Shown here piece after piece: positions 1 to 8,456 of a stretch of 64,000 bases of DNA. This DNA comes from a virus: the IMG/VR virus record IMGVR_UViG_3300049027_000047, positions 4,559-68,558 of that record, one strand, 5' to 3'. A model generated the notes under the pieces. The model worked only from the letters and a program-made list of their open reading frames with translations. It was not told the origin of the DNA and made no database searches. A program made the position numbers and the translations under genes. Each line of letters opens with the position of its first letter. Positions within the stretch are counted from its first letter, which is position 1.

Positions 1-47
1 CTCCACGGCCTGCTGTAGAGAGGACTCCCAGAGGGTAAAGAGAGCGC

Positions 48-719
48 TCATGCTTCCTCCTTCTGTTGAGGTGCTGGAGGCATGGGCATCCAGTGGGTGG
101 GACGGCATTTGTGCACAAAATCACGGATGACTACCTCAAACTGACCCCGTGGACCTTCGCCAAGTGCAGCAAGTTCGCCACTTTGAGACAGTGGGCTGAA
201 GTCCATCCAACGGCATTGGTAAACCCACACATTTTCATCATCTACAGGAGGTCCATAAACGAGAATGAAAGTGCCATCCCTCGGAGCCGTCTTGATGTCC
301 CGCCATCCATCCAGCGTGTACCGTGTAGGTTGAGGGGTGGAGTTGGAGAGAACGGACTTAAGTTTCCGAAAATCATTCCATGAAATTTCACACGCCACAT
401 GTCCACCATATTCTGTTACATCGTCTTCCTCAATCCAGTAGGGAAGCAGGTCTTTAAGGGCCTCCTCCAACTCCTGGACGCGGGCGCGGAGGGCCTTCTT
501 GTCCTCCTCGTGATCCTCTTTGGCCTTCCTCTCTGCCGCGCTCCAACGATGCGTCTCGTCAATCAGGCGTTGGACCTCAGCCTTCGACCTTAGCCCCTCT
601 TCTGCCGCTGCGATGAGAGTTTCTCTATTATGCCAAAATGTATCATTTGTTATCGGGTCATTTGGATAGCGCAAAAGCCGTTTCAGTTCATTTAGCTTTC
701 CTTGTGTTAGTGTGTTCAT
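48..719 (-). CDS. phage protein with coiled coil and C-terminal DUF551-like domain
   Basis: WRDIKTAPRDGTFILVY...PTHWMPMPPAP is the DUF551 signature. Confidence 0.7.
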   Translation of the reverse strand: MNTLTQGKLNELKRLLRYPNDPITNDTFWHNRETLIAAAEEGLRSKAEVQRLIDETHRWSAAERKAKEDHEEDKKALRARVQELEEALKDLLPYWIEEDDVTEYGGHVACEISWNDFRKLKSVLSNSTPQPTRYTLDGWRDIKTAPRDGTFILVYGPPVDDENVWVYQCRWMDFSPLSQSGELAALGEGPRGQFEVVIRDFVHKCRPTHWMPMPPAPQQKEEA

Positions 720-988
720 GCTAGTGGATTGATGATTCTAAGTTCCTGTTTGAGTGATCGGACCTCCAGTTGCAGCTTGAGCACCTCATTACGGAGGTTC
801 TGCATCTGGACGAGCAAATCTGTCACGACAGAATGCTCAGGACGGCGGTTGATCTTCCTTTCCATTCGGTCAAGAACACTTCCAATCCATCCAGCCCCCA
901 AATACAAAGGCAAAATAGACCAAACACTGGCCGTTCCTGAAACCAGGTCAAAAGCAACGCAACAAGCAAGGAGAATGAATTTATTCAC
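716..988 (-). CDS. hypothetical membrane/coiled-coil protein
   Basis: 4-nt overlaps with both neighbours; hydrophobic N-terminus. Confidence 0.6.
   Translation of the reverse strand: MNKFILLACCVAFDLVSGTASVWSILPLYLGAGWIGSVLDRMERKINRRPEHSVVTDLLVQMQNLRNEVLKLQLEVRSLKQELRIINPLA
819..832. repeat. dispersed palindrome copy 1 TCTGTCACGACAGA
   Basis: matches TCTGTYRYRACAGA; inside CDS. Confidence 0.9.
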
Positions 989-1194
989 TTGATTTCCTCC
1001 AAGATAAAAGGTTGAAAAGACCGTCCCTCAACACGGTAAGGGAGTTGATTGGCAGCATAGGCTACTCTCCAGGCATCCCGGTTGTCTTTGGTGGTCCCAG
1101 CCTTGGGGAAGCAAAGCCTCCGCTTGGTGAGATCCTCTGCAAAGCAGTCCGGCAGAACGGAGGTAAAGGCGAAGTGGTTGAACTCAGTCTTCAC
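985..1194 (-). CDS. hypothetical protein
   Basis: coupled ORF in leftward operon. Confidence 0.55.
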   Translation of the reverse strand: MKTEFNHFAFTSVLPDCFAEDLTKRRLCFPKAGTTKDNRDAWRVAYAANQLPYRVEGRSFQPFILEEIK

Positions 1195-1559
1195 AATCCT
1201 TCCCCCTCTGTGTAGGTGATCTGGATGCAGGCGATTCGGTCAAATCGGTCAAATACAACATTTGAATTCGCCAATTCTTTCGTCGGATAGGCGTAACTCG
1301 TTCTACCTTCTGGGTAGATGTTGAGCCACTTCGTATGTTTCATCGGGGCCATGAAGAGGTCGTTGGGAGAAGAGGCTTTGGAGTCGTACTGGAGACCAGT
1401 GTCAAATCGTGAACAAACAAGACCGTCAATGAGGCAGACAACCTGATCCTCTTCTCGGGTCTCAGGCACATGCGCGATGAACTTCGCATGTCTTCCATCA
1501 CGGGTTTGGATGGGGTGGCCTTCTTGGGCCAGTTTCAGGTCAAAAGGGATGAGTTTCAT
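1191..1559 (-). CDS. conserved phage hypothetical protein
   Basis: PFDLKLAQEGHPIQTRDGR...DLFM...WLNIY motif seen in many phage small proteins; start refined to ATG 1559. Confidence 0.65.
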   Translation of the reverse strand: MKLIPFDLKLAQEGHPIQTRDGRHAKFIAHVPETREEDQVVCLIDGLVCSRFDTGLQYDSKASSPNDLFMAPMKHTKWLNIYPEGRTSYAYPTKELANSNVVFDRFDRIACIQITYTEGEGL

Positions 1560-1615
1560 AATGGATTCAAAGTGTTCAGGTTGTGCGTATCTACGACGCA
1601 CCCCGGATGCAAATG

Positions 1616-1789
1616 CTAGACCAAGAGGGTCACGTTCTGGCGATGCTGGAGGTGGCGCTGGATGTTCTTCCAGCGACGGTAGTGATTGTCGGTGTCCTGC
1701 TGAAGTTCAGGAGTCATGCCGTTTTTTCGGCGCTCATGAAGGCGGCGTTCCTTTTCGGCCCAGGTCTTGACTTGTGTATGATGGAGCAT
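1616..1789 (-). CDS. small hypothetical protein
   Basis: MLHHTQ... with A/C-rich leader like neighbouring genes. Confidence 0.45.
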   Translation of the reverse strand: MLHHTQVKTWAEKERRLHERRKNGMTPELQQDTDNHYRRWKNIQRHLQHRQNVTLLV

Positions 1790-1878
1790 GGTATTCTGCG
1801 GTTTGTGGTGGGCAGGGTTGATTCCCGGCCTCCCTTCTGCCAGCAATCCAGGGGGTGGACTACTGGCAGCATGGGAAG

Positions 1879-2505
1879 CTAGCAAAGCATTTTCAGCATG
1901 ACCGTTGCCGTGTTGGTATTGGACTCTTTGAACGCTGATCCGGGGAGTTGAATCCATTCGGAGCAGAGATGCCGAAGGGCCTTTTCCCTGTGGGCGGTAT
2001 CCATGCAGATGGCCACAAGGACGCCCGGTTTCACAAACTGCCGCGCATGAAGAATGTGCTGGATGTCTGAGCGCATGTGAAAGGGAGGATTCATCGCCAC
2101 CACATCGAAGGTTCCTGCTTCTTCTGGTGTGACAGTGAGGAAGTCCCTCTGAAGAATCCGAACGGCTTCCCGGTCCTGAGTGAACAACTCCCAGCAGCAA
2201 TCAGGCGACTGCTCAACCGCAACAACTTCTGAAGGTGAATGTACAGCCAGAGCATCCAGGATGCGCCCTAGGCCCGCAGAAGGCTCAAGAACACGCATTC
2301 CTACAGAGACTCCAGCCAGAGCCACCAAATCTGTTGCAACAGAAACAGGGGTCTGAAAGAGCTGGTAAGCAGTGACAGCGCGGGGAGCAGTGCCGTTTTC
2401 CTTGCGGTTCCTGATTCCCACGAAGCGGCCCCGCATGTCATCCATGCGAAAGCCTGCTTCGTCATTTTCCATGCGGAGTGCATGGAGGCGGTGAAATCCA
2501 CTCAT
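1879..2505 (-). CDS. class I SAM-dependent methyltransferase, probably N6-adenine DNA
   Basis: motif I VLEPSAGLG, motif IV AMNPPF; ATGA-coupled to the DUF3560 gene. Confidence 0.8.
   Translation of the reverse strand: MSGFHRLHALRMENDEAGFRMDDMRGRFVGIRNRKENGTAPRAVTAYQLFQTPVSVATDLVALAGVSVGMRVLEPSAGLGRILDALAVHSPSEVVAVEQSPDCCWELFTQDREAVRILQRDFLTVTPEEAGTFDVVAMNPPFHMRSDIQHILHARQFVKPGVLVAICMDTAHREKALRHLCSEWIQLPGSAFKESNTNTATVMLKMLC
2330..2343. repeat. dispersed palindrome copy 2 TCTGTTGCAACAGA
   Basis: exact motif inside methyltransferase CDS. Confidence 0.9.
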
Positions 2506-4130
2506 GCAAGGGCCTCCTGAGCTTTGGTTTCCCAGACGGAATCCGGGAACGGTTTCCCCGGCTTGTCCGTGAGAACGATGATGCTTTTCGGCGTGTATGG
2601 GCCTGAGCCGCCGTAGGTGGTGCGCAGTTTGCAAACATCCTTCCCGGTGGACTTGGGGAAGCGGCTCGCGAGAACGCCACCAGCAGCTAGGCCCAGAGTC
2701 TCAGCGCGAGCGTAAGCGCCCTTGCTGGCTTCGCTGTAGGTCTCCTGTTTGATGTAGACCACCTTGGCGGGCTCAAACTCCCCGTAATAGCGACCGTTGC
2801 GCTTGCCTTCGTTGTACTTCTCCCGGCCTTCTTCGTTCCAAATGGATTGCAGGCGCTCTGCATCTTCCTTTGTGGGATTGATGAGCGGGCAGGCGTCTTT
2901 GACTGGCTTGCCTGTTTTCTGTGCCTGCTTAAGTTCTTCGAGTTCTGCCAAAGACTCCGCATCCGGTGGTGTGTAGGCTCCAGGAGCAAGGCGCTCTGTG
3001 GGGAATTGGTGCAAGGCGAACTCAGTGCCTGGGAGGTTCTGCGCTCTGTAGGTCCATCCTGTCACTTTTGGACCCTTTACGGAAACTGACGTAACGCGGC
3101 CAGAAGTGGAGGACTTGTTCACCTTCACGATCAGTTTACCACCAAGACGGCCACCGATTTGCATTTCAAGATCTCCAGCGCGTCCGCCTTGAGCTTCGAG
3201 CATTTGATTCTCGTAGGCGATACGCATTCTCAGGTGCCGAGTGTAACGGGTGCCCGTCTCAGGGTTCCAGTCCTCTGGGCGCTCGCGTCCTGCCAGCCAA
3301 TCGCGGGCAATGTCCGCAGCGGGTCGCGTTGCTTTGCTTGCCTCCGTGGCCAGAGCCTTCCATGCTTCAGGGTTGCCGTAGCCAGAAGTCAGAGCGGAAA
3401 TAATGACGGCCCGGCGGACTTGTTCAGGGTTTGAGGGTTCACCTTCTGCCACGTTCTCCGACTCGCGGATACGGGAGAGTTCCCACCGGAAATCTGCTAG
3501 ACTGGTGGGCGCTTTAGGTTTCTCGCGGGTGCCCTCCGCGTTCTCAACCACTGACAGCATGGAATCAAAGCGAGATTGCTCGCTTTCGGCATGTTCGGAC
3601 CATGATTTTTCTGCCTTCCTCAATTCAGCTTCAAGCGTCTTGATGCGCCCCATGCGCACGGCAGGCGAGGAGACATGCAGAGCGTGGGAAATGACGCCCG
3701 CTGTCCGCTGCTGCCAGTATTCGGCCTTGTCCCACTGGGAGACAGCTTTGCCCCCTATGCGGTCATGACGTGCCGCCATGCGCTCGCCCTTTGCTTGCGA
3801 CTGGTAGCCATGGGCGGAAGGGCCGGAGTCGTAGCGGTCAGCCAGTCCCACCGCTTCACCAAGGCGTTTGTCCCGGTATCCGCCGAAGCGCTCCGCACGA
3901 TCAGCCGCACGATCTTCAGGGGACTGGTCTTCGTCTTCGATCTCTCCTGAGTCACAATAGGAGAGAGCGGTTGCTTCCCGCTGAGGGGTCCAGGTGGCCA
4001 CGAAGTCGCAATCCTGTTTCGGGGTTGAGGTCCAGCCTTCATCGCGAAGGGCCTCGTATTCATCACGGGAAACGCGCCCAACGTAAAGGCGCAATTTGTC
4101 ATCTTCGGGGCAATAAGTGGCGTAGTTCAT
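2502..4130 (-). CDS. DUF3560 domain-containing protein
   Basis: DRAADRAERF...KAEYWQQR...RIKTLEAELRK pattern; N-terminal ATYCPEDDKLRLY; adjacent methyltransferase as in plasmid DUF3560-MTase proteins. Confidence 0.7.
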   Translation of the reverse strand: MNYATYCPEDDKLRLYVGRVSRDEYEALRDEGWTSTPKQDCDFVATWTPQREATALSYCDSGEIEDEDQSPEDRAADRAERFGGYRDKRLGEAVGLADRYDSGPSAHGYQSQAKGERMAARHDRIGGKAVSQWDKAEYWQQRTAGVISHALHVSSPAVRMGRIKTLEAELRKAEKSWSEHAESEQSRFDSMLSVVENAEGTREKPKAPTSLADFRWELSRIRESENVAEGEPSNPEQVRRAVIISALTSGYGNPEAWKALATEASKATRPAADIARDWLAGRERPEDWNPETGTRYTRHLRMRIAYENQMLEAQGGRAGDLEMQIGGRLGGKLIVKVNKSSTSGRVTSVSVKGPKVTGWTYRAQNLPGTEFALHQFPTERLAPGAYTPPDAESLAELEELKQAQKTGKPVKDACPLINPTKEDAERLQSIWNEEGREKYNEGKRNGRYYGEFEPAKVVYIKQETYSEASKGAYARAETLGLAAGGVLASRFPKSTGKDVCKLRTTYGGSGPYTPKSIIVLTDKPGKPFPDSVWETKAQEALA

Positions 4131-4185
4131 AGTTTGATTTCTAGGTGAATTGTTCGTCTGACAGGTTAGGAATACTCCATCCCAG

Positions 4186-4207
4186 TTGATTCGTCAACAA
4201 GAATCTA
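4186..4207 (-). promoter_or_regulatory. leftward promoter -35 (TTGACG) inside a GATT-N10-AATC inverted repeat
   Basis: TTGATT cgtcaacaag AATCTA. Confidence 0.55.
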
Positions 4208-4606
4208 CGCATTGTTAGAAGAGTCCTCTTTTCCTTCAGGTCCCAGGGATTCCAGAGCTGGCCCTAGTCCTCCTTTTTGGGAGGATAGAGTCCTGAACCA
4301 GAGAGCCGTGGTTGAGGTGGTGTCGAAATTGAAGCGTTGGTCGCGCTTGATTCCTCCGGTGGGTTTGCGTCCAGCGTTTGGGCGTTTACCGCCTTTGTTG
4401 TGGGTGGATTTTAGGTGCTTACGTAGAGATTTGAGCGTTGCAATGGCCAGAGCAGTGGAGGCTTCTGGGTCTTCGTCAACGAGACTGGCGCTTTCCACGC
4501 GCACCTTGCGGCGGCTGGCAATCTTCACGGCCTCATTACAATCCCACGCCCTCAAACGGAGCGTGGTTTTTCCGTCGTTTCCGGTGACGGTCCAAAGTGG
4601 CTTCAT
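4205..4606 (-). CDS. putative DNA-binding protein
   Basis: NKGGKRPNAGRKP basic motif followed by an RHH-like strand-helix. Confidence 0.5.
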   Translation of the reverse strand: MKPLWTVTGNDGKTTLRLRAWDCNEAVKIASRRKVRVESASLVDEDPEASTALAIATLKSLRKHLKSTHNKGGKRPNAGRKPTGGIKRDQRFNFDTTSTTALWFRTLSSQKGGLGPALESLGPEGKEDSSNNA

Positions 4607-4669
4607 TCTCTTGGTTCAATCTTGATTGTTCTAGGTTGTGATGCGCCCTGCGATCAACGCTTTCCGCGC

Positions 4670-4731
4670 CTCGTAGGATGGGCTTAACCATTGCTGATGG
4701 CTCTCAGAGCGGTGTTGATATGGGTAGAGGG
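4670..4731. repeat. 62-bp exact direct repeat, copy 1
   Basis: identical to 6114-6175. Confidence 0.95.
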
Positions 4732-5010
4732 GTCTTCCCAAGAGGAAGCGAGCCGTGCAGATGCCAGCCATGTCTGGGCCTCAGAGGCGATCCAGTCCCC
4801 AAGGAAGTCGGAGAACGTCTTACCGGGCCGGAAGTTTGGAACATCGTAGTCCAGAGCTTGGGTTTTGCTCAGGATCTGGAATGACTCCCGGTCCGACTTG
4901 GTGGCGCGGGGCCGGACATGATAGAGGTGTCCATTGAAGGACAGCACAGGGTCAATAACCTGGCTGAACAGGAGGGCCTTTGCGGCGGTGTGTGGGCAGG
5001 TGGTTCTCAT
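4684..5010 (-). CDS. hypothetical protein
   Basis: ORF in leftward arm; its 3' end is the 62-bp repeat. Confidence 0.55.
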   Translation of the reverse strand: MRTTCPHTAAKALLFSQVIDPVLSFNGHLYHVRPRATKSDRESFQILSKTQALDYDVPNFRPGKTFSDFLGDWIASEAQTWLASARLASSWEDPSTHINTALRAISNG

Positions 5011-5052
5011 GGGTTTGGGCAGAGGGATCAGGCATGGCAGACCTCTCTAAAA

Positions 5053-5066
5053 TCTGTCATGACAGA
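5053..5066. repeat. dispersed palindrome copy 3 TCTGTCATGACAGA
   Basis: exact motif, intergenic. Confidence 0.9.
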
Positions 5067-5086
5067 ATGCAGGTGAGTTGCGAGAG

Positions 5087-5734
5087 CTACAGGGCCATTT
5101 TTCTCTTAATGTCCTCTGGAATAAGCGCAATTACCTCGTTGCGCTTAGCTTCCATGCTGTCCTCGTCCCAGCTTTCTGGATACTCTCCGCTGGTCAAGAG
5201 ACGAAGATGCGGAGCCTCCACCCAAGATGTTAGAAACTCGCCCTCGCTTTTGAGCGATTCAATCCTGTAGAGAATAGCCTCCCGTGCATCGAAGGAGCCA
5301 ATCAGAACACCATCCGTGAATCCGCCGCTGACTTGCGCGGGCCAATGAGAGGCGTCCTTCATACGAAGGTTGAAATGCACATCGCCTCCATTCATAAAGC
5401 CATGAAAGGTGTCAAACACCAGAAAAAGTCCATCATCGTGCCACAACCCGTATTGCTTTTCGCCTTCCGATCCGCTTTTGAATACGGCTGGACGCTCCCA
5501 CAGGATTTTAAATCCAGCCCCCAGAACGATCGCCATGTAACGCTCGACGGGCGTCATAAAGCAGGTGTCTCCGTTAGCAGACAGGATTTCATCCTTTCTC
5601 TTTCCATCTTCACTTCCAAGAGCCATCCCTAGCCAGACGACTGATTCGTCCTCATGGTAGGTTTTTCCGATGATCTTTTCAGCTGTGGCAAGCGGATCAC
5701 GGTTGAGTAGGTAATCTAGTTCGCTGTTTTTCAT
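5087..5734 (-). CDS. hypothetical protein
   Basis: 215-aa ORF with globular composition. Confidence 0.65.
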   Translation of the reverse strand: MKNSELDYLLNRDPLATAEKIIGKTYHEDESVVWLGMALGSEDGKRKDEILSANGDTCFMTPVERYMAIVLGAGFKILWERPAVFKSGSEGEKQYGLWHDDGLFLVFDTFHGFMNGGDVHFNLRMKDASHWPAQVSGGFTDGVLIGSFDAREAILYRIESLKSEGEFLTSWVEAPHLRLLTSGEYPESWDEDSMEAKRNEVIALIPEDIKRKMAL

Positions 5735-5836
5735 AGGTTTTCAGGTAGTGGATTCAACAGAGACAGGCGGGGAACAGTTCCCCTCTAATCTCCCTACAGA
5801 CCCCATGGAATGGATTCCAGGGATCTGGATGGGAGG

Positions 5837-6022
5837 CTAATGGAGAAGTGAACAGGGATGCGCATCCCTTTCCTCTCGCATGGCGACCACCTCTTCAATC
5901 TGTTCGATTGTTCTCCAATGGCCAATCGACGGAATCCAGTAGGTGCCATCATCAGCTTGGACATCGACGGTATATCCAACGCGTGATGCTCTGGCCTTTA
6001 GTTCTTCGGAGATATGTTTCAT
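5837..6022 (-). CDS. hypothetical protein
   Basis: MKHISEE..., first gene after promoter 6063-6091. Confidence 0.5.
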   Translation of the reverse strand: MKHISEELKARASRVGYTVDVQADDGTYWIPSIGHWRTIEQIEEVVAMREERDAHPCSLLH

Positions 6023-6062
6023 GGATATTCTATAGGGTTGTGGTGAACTGACTGATTCCGTG

Positions 6063-6091
6063 ATACTAGCTAAGCTATTAGATGATGTCAA
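6063..6091 (-). promoter_or_regulatory. sigma70 promoter with TAGCWWWGCTA operator (6067-6077)
   Basis: TTGACA-17-TAGTAT. Confidence 0.8.
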
Positions 6092-6113
6092 AGCAGATTG
6101 TGATTAAACTTCG

Positions 6114-6175
6114 CTCGTAGGATGGGCTTAACCATTGCTGATGGCTCTCAGAGCGGTGTTGATATGGGTAGAGGG
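6114..6175. repeat. 62-bp exact direct repeat, copy 2
   Basis: identical to 4670-4731. Confidence 0.95.
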
Positions 6176-6219
6176 ATTCTTAGTCGTTGATTAGCTGAAC
6201 TCCGCACGGGGTTCCGTCA

Positions 6220-6330
6220 TCATGGGAAGATGCGGATGAATAGGAAAATCAGGAAAAAGATGCTGGCGCAGGCAATGAGGGTCAGAAGGCCAGGGCGTTC
6301 GTCTAGGAGTTTCCAGAATATTTGTTTCAT
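6220..6330 (-). CDS. small membrane protein (36 aa, not in ORF track)
   Basis: MKQIFWKLLDERPGLLTLIACASIFFLIFLFIRIFP; one transmembrane helix. Confidence 0.4.
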   Translation of the reverse strand: MKQIFWKLLDERPGLLTLIACASIFFLIFLFIRIFP

Positions 6331-6354
6331 ATGATTGTCTTGTTTATGCGGTCA

Positions 6355-6981
6355 TCACTTTTCGACCCACCCAGCGTGGCGGAAAACCGCCATCTTGCGC
6401 ACGCTCCCGTCAGGCTGTGGAGAGTCCACACTCTCCCGCTTGGAGAATGCATAGACTGGCTCAATACCTCGCTCGCAAAGCGCCTCCTCCAGGGAGGCCA
6501 TGAAATACGGTGCTCCCCCAATCATGGCGTGGGTAGCACCCATGCTGGCGGCAATGTCCGCGAGGGATTTTGCCCGGTCTATCATCTCCGCCAGACGTGG
6601 AGGAGCGTCAAACGTGATGAGACGCTGCACACGCGCCTTGTCGGGCGGCTCAATGCACCGCTGCTCCGGCGTCGCATCGTGCTGGGTTAGGTTGACCCGC
6701 TTCACCGGGCGGATGTCCGCCAGAGTGAGTATTGGGAGCTCCTGAATCTCCCCTCTGGCGTCCTTGTCCTGATCGATCAGGACAATCATGTCCTCGTCCG
6801 CCACGCATGGAGGGGGAGCCGCGTCTACGGTCCAGCGTTTGTCGCGCCAAATCACTTCGTCGCCGCGATTATAGCGTTTGGGCGTGATCGTGATCGTGAT
6901 TTTTCCGGTGTCGCCGCACCGTTGGCAAGGCCGGAAGTGGCCCCCGTAGCATTCGGGGCAATTGTATGCGGTAGTGCTCAT
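6355..6981 (-). CDS. Zn-ribbon plus Rossmann/CARF-like phage protein
   Basis: N-terminal CPEC...CQRC; C-terminal NLTQHxATPEQ...AMIGGAP...YAFSKRES...FRH. Confidence 0.6.
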   Translation of the reverse strand: MSTTAYNCPECYGGHFRPCQRCGDTGKITITITPKRYNRGDEVIWRDKRWTVDAAPPPCVADEDMIVLIDQDKDARGEIQELPILTLADIRPVKRVNLTQHDATPEQRCIEPPDKARVQRLITFDAPPRLAEMIDRAKSLADIAASMGATHAMIGGAPYFMASLEEALCERGIEPVYAFSKRESVDSPQPDGSVRKMAVFRHAGWVEK

Positions 6982-7003
6982 AGTGTTTTCAGGTTGGATT
7001 TCT

Positions 7004-7029
7004 TTGCGTTTTGAGATTGCGTTTTGAGA
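7004..7029. repeat. tandem 13-bp repeat TTGCGTTTTGAGA x2 just downstream of a leftward TTGACA (7031-7036)
   Basis: two exact adjacent copies. Confidence 0.7.
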
Positions 7030-7048
7030 ATGTCAAGGGACCGATTGG

Positions 7049-7639
7049 CTAGGGGTTAGCCTGATCATAGATGTCGTCCATCAGCTCTGGAGTGATCTCC
7101 CCTGAAACCACTAGGTCATTCAGCTGGAGGAAAAAATTCCGCTGGCGCAGCAACGCCTGATAGATGTGGGCTGGCACCCCATCCGCAATGCCGCATCCTC
7201 TGACGAATGCATCAGAGGCGGTCGGGATGTCGCCGCCAGCGGCATGGATGGAGAGGAGCTCGTCGCGGATCGCCGTAGCCAGCGCGGCAAGATCCGCTTC
7301 GAGTGCTGCCACCTCTTCGCGGAGGTGAGGGATGACCCGCTTTCCGCGGCCAGGGTCTTTCGCGTTGGCTGACTCCAGGTCAGCCAGCTTGGCCCGCTTG
7401 GCCTCCAGGTGGTGCTTGACCTGATTAAGGCACAGGCCGGTTGCCGCGCCGAATTGGGTGGAGGAAGTATTTTTCGACCGCTCCTCAATGAGGAGATGTT
7501 GCCCGATCGTCACCACGCTCTCTGCTGTGGTCGTGATGCCGATTTCATTTACTGTCGCAAGAAACGATGGGCTCGTGCAGAGCCACCCCCACTGGTCGGA
7601 GGTGAATTTAGCGGCAGGGTTGGCGGTGATGGTTTTCAT
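7049..7639 (-). CDS. hypothetical protein
   Basis: 196-aa helical ORF downstream of the hammerhead. Confidence 0.65.
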   Translation of the reverse strand: MKTITANPAAKFTSDQWGWLCTSPSFLATVNEIGITTTAESVVTIGQHLLIEERSKNTSSTQFGAATGLCLNQVKHHLEAKRAKLADLESANAKDPGRGKRVIPHLREEVAALEADLAALATAIRDELLSIHAAGGDIPTASDAFVRGCGIADGVPAHIYQALLRQRNFFLQLNDLVVSGEITPELMDDIYDQANP

Positions 7640-7664
7640 ATGTGTTCTCTGTTTTGCTTTTGTG

Positions 7665-7721
7665 TGACAGTCTCATCAGTGCTGGATCGTCAGCCCAGCA
7701 GACGCCCGTAGGCGTTTCGAC
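7665..7721 (-). ncRNA. hammerhead ribozyme (type II, pseudoknotted)
   Basis: GUC-GAA-ACGCC(UACG)GGCGU-C^-UGCUGG(GCUGACGAU)CCAGCA-CUGAUGA-GAC-UGUCA: complete catalytic core, three stems, loop I UGACG pairs with 3' UGUCA. Confidence 0.9.
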
Positions 7722-7723
7722 AC

Positions 7724-7906
7724 TCATTCTTCCCGGAGCCCAATCGTTAGGCTCAGCCCGATAGAGTCGGCGGCGGTCACATGGTAGGAGCCATGCCCCG
7801 AAAATCCAATCACTCCAGAGGCAATGGAGGAATGGTCTTTGCATGCGGCCTCAATGGCTAAGGCTACGGCTCCGGCTCCGGCGACTTGTTCGATTGTGAT
7901 TTTCAT
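7724..7906 (-). CDS. hypothetical protein
   Basis: first ORF after the promoter at about 7959-7987. Confidence 0.5.
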   Translation of the reverse strand: MKITIEQVAGAGAVALAIEAACKDHSSIASGVIGFSGHGSYHVTAADSIGLSLTIGLREE

Positions 7907-7958
7907 ATTCTTGATTCTACTTGGTTTGCTTTGCGTTTTGGCTTCTTACTACACACAC

Positions 7959-7997
7959 TTTATACGCTCTCCTCTATGATTGTTCAACAAAAATCAT
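7959..7997 (-). promoter_or_regulatory. early leftward promoter TTGAAC-17-TATAAA with operator ATGATT-N10-AATCAT (7976-7997)
   Basis: consensus spacing; perfect 6-bp inverted repeat around -35. Confidence 0.7.
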
Positions 7998-8113
7998 TCA
8001 GATTGACTATACAAAGAAAGTATGCTCGCTCTGAATCCGTCATAACTCCTTGATCCTGTACGTAGATATGCTAGAATGGATGGAGTGAAAAAAGCTGGGA
8101 GAGGCAAAATAAA

Positions 8114-8127
8114 TCTGTTGCGACAGA
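8114..8127. repeat. dispersed palindrome copy 4 (AAA)TCTGTTGCGACAGA(TTT)
   Basis: exact motif, intergenic. Confidence 0.9.
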
Positions 8128-8456
8128 TTTCTGGCGGGGCGGGAGTCATCTATTGCACAATTTCGTTGTACCCCCCCCTCCTGCGAGGAATGAGGCAATA
8201 GCCTCCTCAAGAGAGGAGGTGGAAAGTAACGGTTTCGCCCAATGTACGGTTATAGACTCTATACTGCATAAGGATGAGAGATGAGGATTAGGCGTCCACG
8301 TTGTTTTCAGCTGGCCATGTGGCCAGATAGATGTGAGCCTCTGGCTTTTGTGCCTTGAGTATGTCCCACAAAGGCAAGGCCTCTGAGATGGTGAGAGGTC
8401 CAACAGACACATGGTTTGCGCCATCGATGTGCAGGTATTGTGTTTTCATAGTCCTC

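Noticed and set aside
4670-6175. 62-bp repeat as DGR template/variable pair or attL/attR
   Set aside because: Copies are identical with no adenine-specific differences, and no reverse transcriptase or integrase is visible in the window
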